From assembly GCA_965215195.1 (NCBI GenBank), contig CBDCDC010000002.1, forward strand, positions 4,544,001 to 4,608,000: a stretch of 64,000 nt of DNA, given 5' to 3'. The first letter of the stretch is position 1, and the number at the start of each line of letters is the position of its first letter. Origin of the DNA: Candidatus Latescibacterota bacterium. GTDB lineage: Bacteria; Latescibacterota; UBA2968; UBA8231. The notes below the pieces were generated by a model. The model did not search any database and was not told where the DNA came from. It saw only the letters and a list, made by a program, of their open reading frames with translations. Below are positions 59,255-64,000 of this stretch, piece after piece. Made by a program: the position numbers and the translations under genes.

Positions 59255-60400
59255 ATGACCAAGCCAGCAGTCAAACCGCAAAATCCCTGCTTTTCCTCCG
59301 GCCCCTGTGCCAAGCGGCCGGGGTGGAATCTCGCGGCCCTAAAAGACGCGGCCGTGGGGTGCTCGCATCGGTCGGCGCGGGGGCGGGCCAAGCTGCAAGA
59401 GGTCATTGAGCGGTCGCGTGCGCTGCTGGGCGTACCGGCTGATTACCGCATCGGGGTGGTGCCGGGTTCGGATACAGGGGCTGTGGAGATGTGCCTGTGG
59501 TCGCTGTTGGGTGCCCGAGGCGTCGATGTCCTGTCTTGGGAGAGCTTCAGCAGGGGGTGGGCGACGGACATTACCCAACACTTGCAGCTAGCAGACGTGC
59601 GCGTCTTCGATGCAGACTTCGGGGAGCTACCCGACTTGTCCTTGGTCGACTGCGACCGCGACGTGGTCTTTGCGTGGAACGGCACCACCTCCGGGGTGAA
59701 GGTGCCCGATGGCGAGTGGATCGCCGCCGACCGGCAGGGGCTGGTGATTTGCGATGCGACGTCGGCGGTTTTTGCCATGGACCTGCCTTGGGAAAAGCTC
59801 GACGTAATAACCTACTCTTGGCAAAAGGTCATGGGCGGCGAGGCCGCGCACGGGATGCTCATCCTGAGTCCGCGGGCGGTCGAGCGGCTCCTCAGCTTCA
59901 CCCCGCCTTGGCCCATACCCAAGCTCTTCCGCATGACCCAAGGCGGCCAGCTCAACGAGGCACTATTCAAGGGCGATACGATCAACACGCCCTCCCTGCT
60001 GTGCGTGGAAGACGCGCTCGACGGGTTGCGTTGGGCCGGGGCGATCGGCGGCTTGCCCGAACTCGTGCGACGGACGCAGGCCAACCTCGCGGTGCTGGAG
60101 CGTTGGGTGGAGGCCAGCACTTGGATCGCGTTTTTGCCCGACCGCCTGGCGATCCGCTCGCCGACGTCGATCTGTTTGCGGATTGACGATGAGTGGTATT
60201 CAGGTCTGGGCGAGGACGATCAGCGAGCGAAGGTCAAACAAATGGTCGCCGCGCTGGAGGATGAAGGCGTGGCCTACGACATCAACGGCTACCGCGCCGC
60301 GCCCCCCGGGCTGCGGATTTGGGGTGGGGCGACCGTGGAAACCAGCGACATCAAAGCCCTAGTCCCGTGGCTGGATTGGGCGTGGGCCGAGGGGACGTGA
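59255..60400 (+). CDS. serC: Phosphoserine aminotransferase (Methanosarcina/alphaproteobacterial type)
   Basis: [37 protein letters not shown]. Confidence 0.92.
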   Translation: MTKPAVKPQNPCFSSGPCAKRPGWNLAALKDAAVGCSHRSARGRAKLQEVIERSRALLGVPADYRIGVVPGSDTGAVEMCLWSLLGARGVDVLSWESFSRGWATDITQHLQLADVRVFDADFGELPDLSLVDCDRDVVFAWNGTTSGVKVPDGEWIAADRQGLVICDATSAVFAMDLPWEKLDVITYSWQKVMGGEAAHGMLILSPRAVERLLSFTPPWPIPKLFRMTQGGQLNEALFKGDTINTPSLLCVEDALDGLRWAGAIGGLPELVRRTQANLAVLERWVEASTWIAFLPDRLAIRSPTSICLRIDDEWYSGLGEDDQRAKVKQMVAALEDEGVAYDINGYRAAPPGLRIWGGATVETSDIKALVPWLDWAWAEGT

Positions 60401-60402
60401 AG

Positions 60403-60963
60403 TCAACCCAACACGTCGGCGGCAGCTAATGCGAGATGGGCAATAGTCGGCGAGGTGAGGGTGGCGTCGGCTGAGACTTCGACGCGCTGTTGGTACGCCT
60501 CGCCTTGGGGGTGGGCGTAGACCTCGATGCGGTTTGCGGACAGGTCGATCAGCCACACTTCGGGAATACCGGCCTGCGCGTACAGGGGCACTTTGACCGC
60601 ACGGTCGTACCCCGCCGACGTATCGGCAACTTCGACCGCCAGCAGCACATCGGTCGCCGACGGATGGGACGCCGCGTAGAAATCGGCGCGGGGACGGAGC
60701 AGCACTAGGTCGGGCTCCGGTTCGGAGTACGCGTCGAGCGCGATGGGGTCTTGGACGCCGATCAACATGGAATCCCCGATCACTTTTCCCAGCAACAGAT
60801 TGAGGCGTTTTACGCAAGCGGCGTGGCGGCTGCCAATGGGACTCATGGCGACGATCTGCCCGGCGATAAGCTCAACCCGGTCCTCCTCGGTAAGGATGTT
60901 CGCCTCGGCCATGCGATAGTACTCGCCGACCGTGAAGGCGCGGCCTTGCCGCTGAGTGGTCAT
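60403..60963 (-). CDS. Uma2 (DUF820) family endonuclease
   Basis: RVELIAG, EPEPD, VEVADTS, YAQAGIPEVW. Confidence 0.9.
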   Translation of the reverse strand: MTTQRQGRAFTVGEYYRMAEANILTEEDRVELIAGQIVAMSPIGSRHAACVKRLNLLLGKVIGDSMLIGVQDPIALDAYSEPEPDLVLLRPRADFYAASHPSATDVLLAVEVADTSAGYDRAVKVPLYAQAGIPEVWLIDLSANRIEVYAHPQGEAYQQRVEVSADATLTSPTIAHLALAAADVLG

Positions 60964-60965
60964 AG

Positions 60966-61529
60966 CTACCCCCCCAACAGGTCGGCGGCAGCCAGTTTTA
61001 GGCTGGCCAGTGTCGGCGCGGCAAGGGTGGCGTCGGCTGCGACTTCGACGCGCTGTTGGTACGCCTCGCCTTGGGGCCGGGCATACACCTCGATGCGGTT
61101 TGCGAACAGGTCGATCAGCCACACTTCGGGAATACCGGCCTGCGCGTACAGGGGCACTTTGACCGCGCGGTCGTACCCCGCCGACGTATCGGCAACTTCG
61201 ACCGCCAGCAGCACATCGGCCGCCGACGGATGAGCTGTCGCGTAGAAATCGGCGCGGAGACGGAGCAGCACTAGGTCGGGCTCCGGTTCGGAGTACGCGT
61301 CAAGCGCGATGGGGCTTTGCACTCGCACGATAAAGGCTGGTCCCGGCTGGCGATGCAATAAGCCGTTGAGCCGATCGACGCAAGCGGCGTGGCGGCTGCC
61401 AATGGGACGCATGGCGACGACCTGCCCGGCGATGAGCTCAACGCGATCCTCCTCGGTAAGGATGTTCGCCTCGGCCATGCGATAGTACTCGCCGACCGTG
61501 AAGGCGCGGCCTTGCCGCTGGGTGGTCAT
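60966..61529 (-). CDS. Uma2 (DUF820) family endonuclease, tandem paralog
   Basis: Same motifs; near-identical DNA to the adjacent copy. Confidence 0.9.
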   Translation of the reverse strand: MTTQRQGRAFTVGEYYRMAEANILTEEDRVELIAGQVVAMRPIGSRHAACVDRLNGLLHRQPGPAFIVRVQSPIALDAYSEPEPDLVLLRLRADFYATAHPSAADVLLAVEVADTSAGYDRAVKVPLYAQAGIPEVWLIDLFANRIEVYARPQGEAYQQRVEVAADATLAAPTLASLKLAAADLLGG

Positions 61530-61549
61530 GGGGTACTCCCTTCTAAAAA

Positions 61550-61587
61550 TTGCGCCCAGTCCTCGGCAATATAGGACCGGGCGCAAC
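61550..61587. other. Intergenic hairpin (possible terminator or stability element)
   Basis: TTGCGCCCAGTCCT ... AGGACCGGGCGCAA, 13/14 complementary; no U tract. Confidence 0.4.
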
Positions 61588-61612
61588 CTGCACAAGGACG
61601 CATGGGGTACCG

Positions 61613-63013
61613 CTACGGCCCCTTTTTGTTCCCCGCCTGTAGTTTGTCTGCCGCTCCCACCGAGCCGATGTGCAGGGTGTCGTAGGCCTGTTGTGCAGTC
61701 TCGAACGGCCCCTCGTGCGCCTTGGAGCCATGCCATTGCAAATTGGTGTACATCGGGTTGGTCGCGTCCGTCTCGCGCTCGCGTTTGGCGATCCAAGCCT
61801 CCATCCGCTCCTTCAGATCAGCAACAATCCCCGGCTCTTCCTTGGCCAAGTTTTTCAGCTCCAGCGGATCGGCGACCAAGTTGTACAGCTCAACTTCGGG
61901 CTTGAAGTGAAAGTCCGGCTCTAGCGCGACGATCAGCTTCCACTCTGGGGTGCGCCAGCCGTGCTTGCGCATCCAAGTGCATTCCGTGATGTAAAAGTCC
62001 GAGTAGTTGGAGGCCCTTTGGCCGGCGATCAGCGGCAGCAGCGACTGGCCGTCGAATGCGATGTCCGTGCGGATGTTGAGGAGCTCGAGCACGGTGGGCA
62101 CCAAGTCTTGGTGCAGGGCGGTGCCCGCGACGCGCTTGCCGGCCGGCAACTCGCCCGGCAGGCGGATGATGAGGGGCACGTGCAGGGTGTTTTCGTACAT
62201 GCCGTGGTGATCGTACCAGCACTCGTGCTCGTACAGGGTCTCGCCGTGGTCGCCGTTGATCGCGATTAAGGTATGGTCGCCCAAGCCCAGCTCTTCGACG
62301 CGGGTGAGGATGCGCTGAATGTAGGCGTCCATATAGGCGATGGCGCCGTCGTACTGGGCGTCCACGTAGTGGCGGTCGCGCACCCCGGGCGGCATCCAAT
62401 CGGCGAAGAAGTCGCAGAAGGGCTTGAAGCTGAACACCGGCTCCATGCTTTTGTTTTTGGGGTCGAATTCATTGCCGCTGTAAAACATTCGCTCAAAGGG
62501 AGCCGGCGGCAGATAGGGGGCGTGCGGATCCATGTGGCGCAAGAAGAGAAAGAAGGGCTTCTTGGAGCGCGCGAGCCGTTCCAATTCGGGGATGGCGACT
62601 TGGTTGAGGTTCTCGGCCTTGGGACTGCGGCCTTCGGCAAAGGAGCCCCAACCCGGGTAGTCCAAATAGCGGCTGAAGCCACGCGAACTGGAGTTGCCCG
62701 TGAATCCAACGCACGAGGTGTTGTAGCCGCTTTGGCCGAGGATCTCGGGCAGGGTGTGGACCTTTTGGGGCAGGCCGCCGCGATGGCGCAGGGCCACGAC
62801 GCTGGTGCCGAAGCAGTCGAGGCCGGTGAGCATGGAGGCGTAGGCCGAGGTCGTGGGAATGTGGGCCGAGTAATTCCTTTCAAAGAGCACGGCGTCTGCG
62901 GCAAAGCGGTCGATATGGGGCGTGGTCTGGCGGTGATAGCCATAGCAGCTCATGTGATCGGCGCGCAGGCTGTCGATGCCTAAGACAATGACGTTGGTCT
63001 TTTTAGCTGGCAT
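61613..63013 (-). CDS. Sulfatase-like (alkaline phosphatase superfamily) hydrolase
   Basis: IDSLRADH, DPHAPY, GDHGE, HVPLII. Confidence 0.88.
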   Translation of the reverse strand: MPAKKTNVIVLGIDSLRADHMSCYGYHRQTTPHIDRFAADAVLFERNYSAHIPTTSAYASMLTGLDCFGTSVVALRHRGGLPQKVHTLPEILGQSGYNTSCVGFTGNSSSRGFSRYLDYPGWGSFAEGRSPKAENLNQVAIPELERLARSKKPFFLFLRHMDPHAPYLPPAPFERMFYSGNEFDPKNKSMEPVFSFKPFCDFFADWMPPGVRDRHYVDAQYDGAIAYMDAYIQRILTRVEELGLGDHTLIAINGDHGETLYEHECWYDHHGMYENTLHVPLIIRLPGELPAGKRVAGTALHQDLVPTVLELLNIRTDIAFDGQSLLPLIAGQRASNYSDFYITECTWMRKHGWRTPEWKLIVALEPDFHFKPEVELYNLVADPLELKNLAKEEPGIVADLKERMEAWIAKRERETDATNPMYTNLQWHGSKAHEGPFETAQQAYDTLHIGSVGAADKLQAGNKKGP

Positions 63014-63055
63014 TAGATCCTCTCGATTAGGGGTAAAGGCCGGGATGTAGGCGGG

Positions 63056-63469
63056 CTATTTGAGGACCGCACCAGGCCACTGATCGTCGCTGGCTGTCAC
63101 ATCTACAGTAATGCCGTCCGGGTCTTCGACCTTGAAGGCCCCTTCGCGGATGTCGTGGACATCGACCGGCTCTTTGCCTCCCAAGCCATCGGAAAAAATT
63201 TCATAGCCCATGGCCAAAAGGCGGCGACCGGCCTCTGCGAGGTCGGGCACCCGCACGCCGATGTGGAGGTAGTCGAGCATTCCGCTGACGTGGGCCGGGC
63301 GGGGCGGGCCGTTGTGCTGGAAGACTCGGAAGTTGTGGTGGCCGTCGCTGAGGTCGTAGCAGCTCCCGTGGGTCGAGACCACGGGCAGGCCGAGGCCGTC
63401 GCGCCAAAAGCGGATGGTCTTTTCGAGGTCCGTGGCCCGGACGCCAATGTGGACGAGTACCGTACTCAT
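63056..63469 (-). CDS. VOC/glyoxalase family protein
   Basis: HIGVRATDLEKTIRFW, HIGVRV, DPDG. Confidence 0.88.
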   Translation of the reverse strand: MSTVLVHIGVRATDLEKTIRFWRDGLGLPVVSTHGSCYDLSDGHHNFRVFQHNGPPRPAHVSGMLDYLHIGVRVPDLAEAGRRLLAMGYEIFSDGLGGKEPVDVHDIREGAFKVEDPDGITVDVTASDDQWPGAVLK

Positions 63470-63701
63470 GGCTTTTCTCCTTTCTCGTAGGCTCGCAGCC
63501 GTTGTGCCATTAGTGCCCATAATGTAACAAACCAAGCGCCGCGGGGCACTACCGCGTTTGGCGGGCGGGACAATCCTCGTTTTACCGCATTTTAATGGAA
63601 ATTTATTAAGCTGAAAAAGTTTTTTTATATCAATAAGTTATTGTTTTTTGGTCAGATGGAAAAACCCCCGTAAAACCGGGCGAAAAAAGGGGGCAAATTT
63701 C

Positions 63702-63730
63702 TTGACTTCTACACAAATGTTTACTATCTT
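63702..63730 (+). promoter_or_regulatory. Putative sigma70 promoter
   Basis: TTGACT-N17-TATCTT in an AT-rich intergenic region. Confidence 0.4.
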
Positions 63731-63927
63731 TTTGTGCAGGTAATCGAAGTAAAAAGGGCCTTTTTTGCGTTGGAAAAGCGAGCACCAAGCACCTCATCGC
63801 AAGGAGCAAAACCACATGCGACGCGAGATCATCAGCCAGGGCCTGATGTACGCCCTCGTCAGCCTCTTCGTATTCGCGGCGATGCCGCTTTTCAACTAAT
63901 AGCCGCTGGCCAAAGGAGAGCAGAGCC

Positions 63928-64000
63928 ATGAACCCGATTTTTGCGTTTCACGCATTGCGCGAGTTGAGCAAAAACAAGTGCGCCCAGCGCCAAGTGGGCC
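63928..64000 (+). CDS. Start of an unidentified CDS running off the window
   Basis: AAGGAG upstream of an ATG (MNPIFAFHALR...). Confidence 0.45.
   Translation, partial: MNPIFAFHALRELSKNKCAQRQVG

Noticed and set aside
60403-61529. Diversity-generating retroelement TR/VR pair in the Uma2 copies
   Set aside because: Differences are not adenine-specific and no reverse transcriptase is present in the window.

Overview
GC-rich bacterial chromosomal window. It opens with a lower-GC type I-C CRISPR-Cas locus in non-canonical order (partial cas8c with internal cas11, cas7, cas3, cas4, cas1, cas2, then a 43-repeat array). Housekeeping and catabolic genes follow (hflX, Mrp antiporter operon, serS, folD, glgP, pepA, glcDF, serC), interleaved with small accessory cassettes: type IIG/ISP-like RM, HigBA, LRR-metalloprotease, truncated Fic, AAA+DUF4276, a three-gene MBL-hydrolase module and tandem Uma2 genes. 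Four observations stand out. (1) A degenerate, hairpin-preserving copy of the CRISPR repeat contains the RBS and start codon of cas1, and the terminal array repeat ends 1 nt before the ATG of an OSGIN-like flavoprotein. (2) Cargo genes repeatedly lie between a core gene's 3' end and a 60-150 bp copy of that 3' end, with no integrase in the window. (3) An uncharacterised, tightly coupled three-gene cassette ending in an MBL-fold hydrolase is a candidate defence system. (4) Several gene remnants mark deletions and overwritten cassettes. All calls come from reading motifs by eye; no searches were run, and counts were done by hand.
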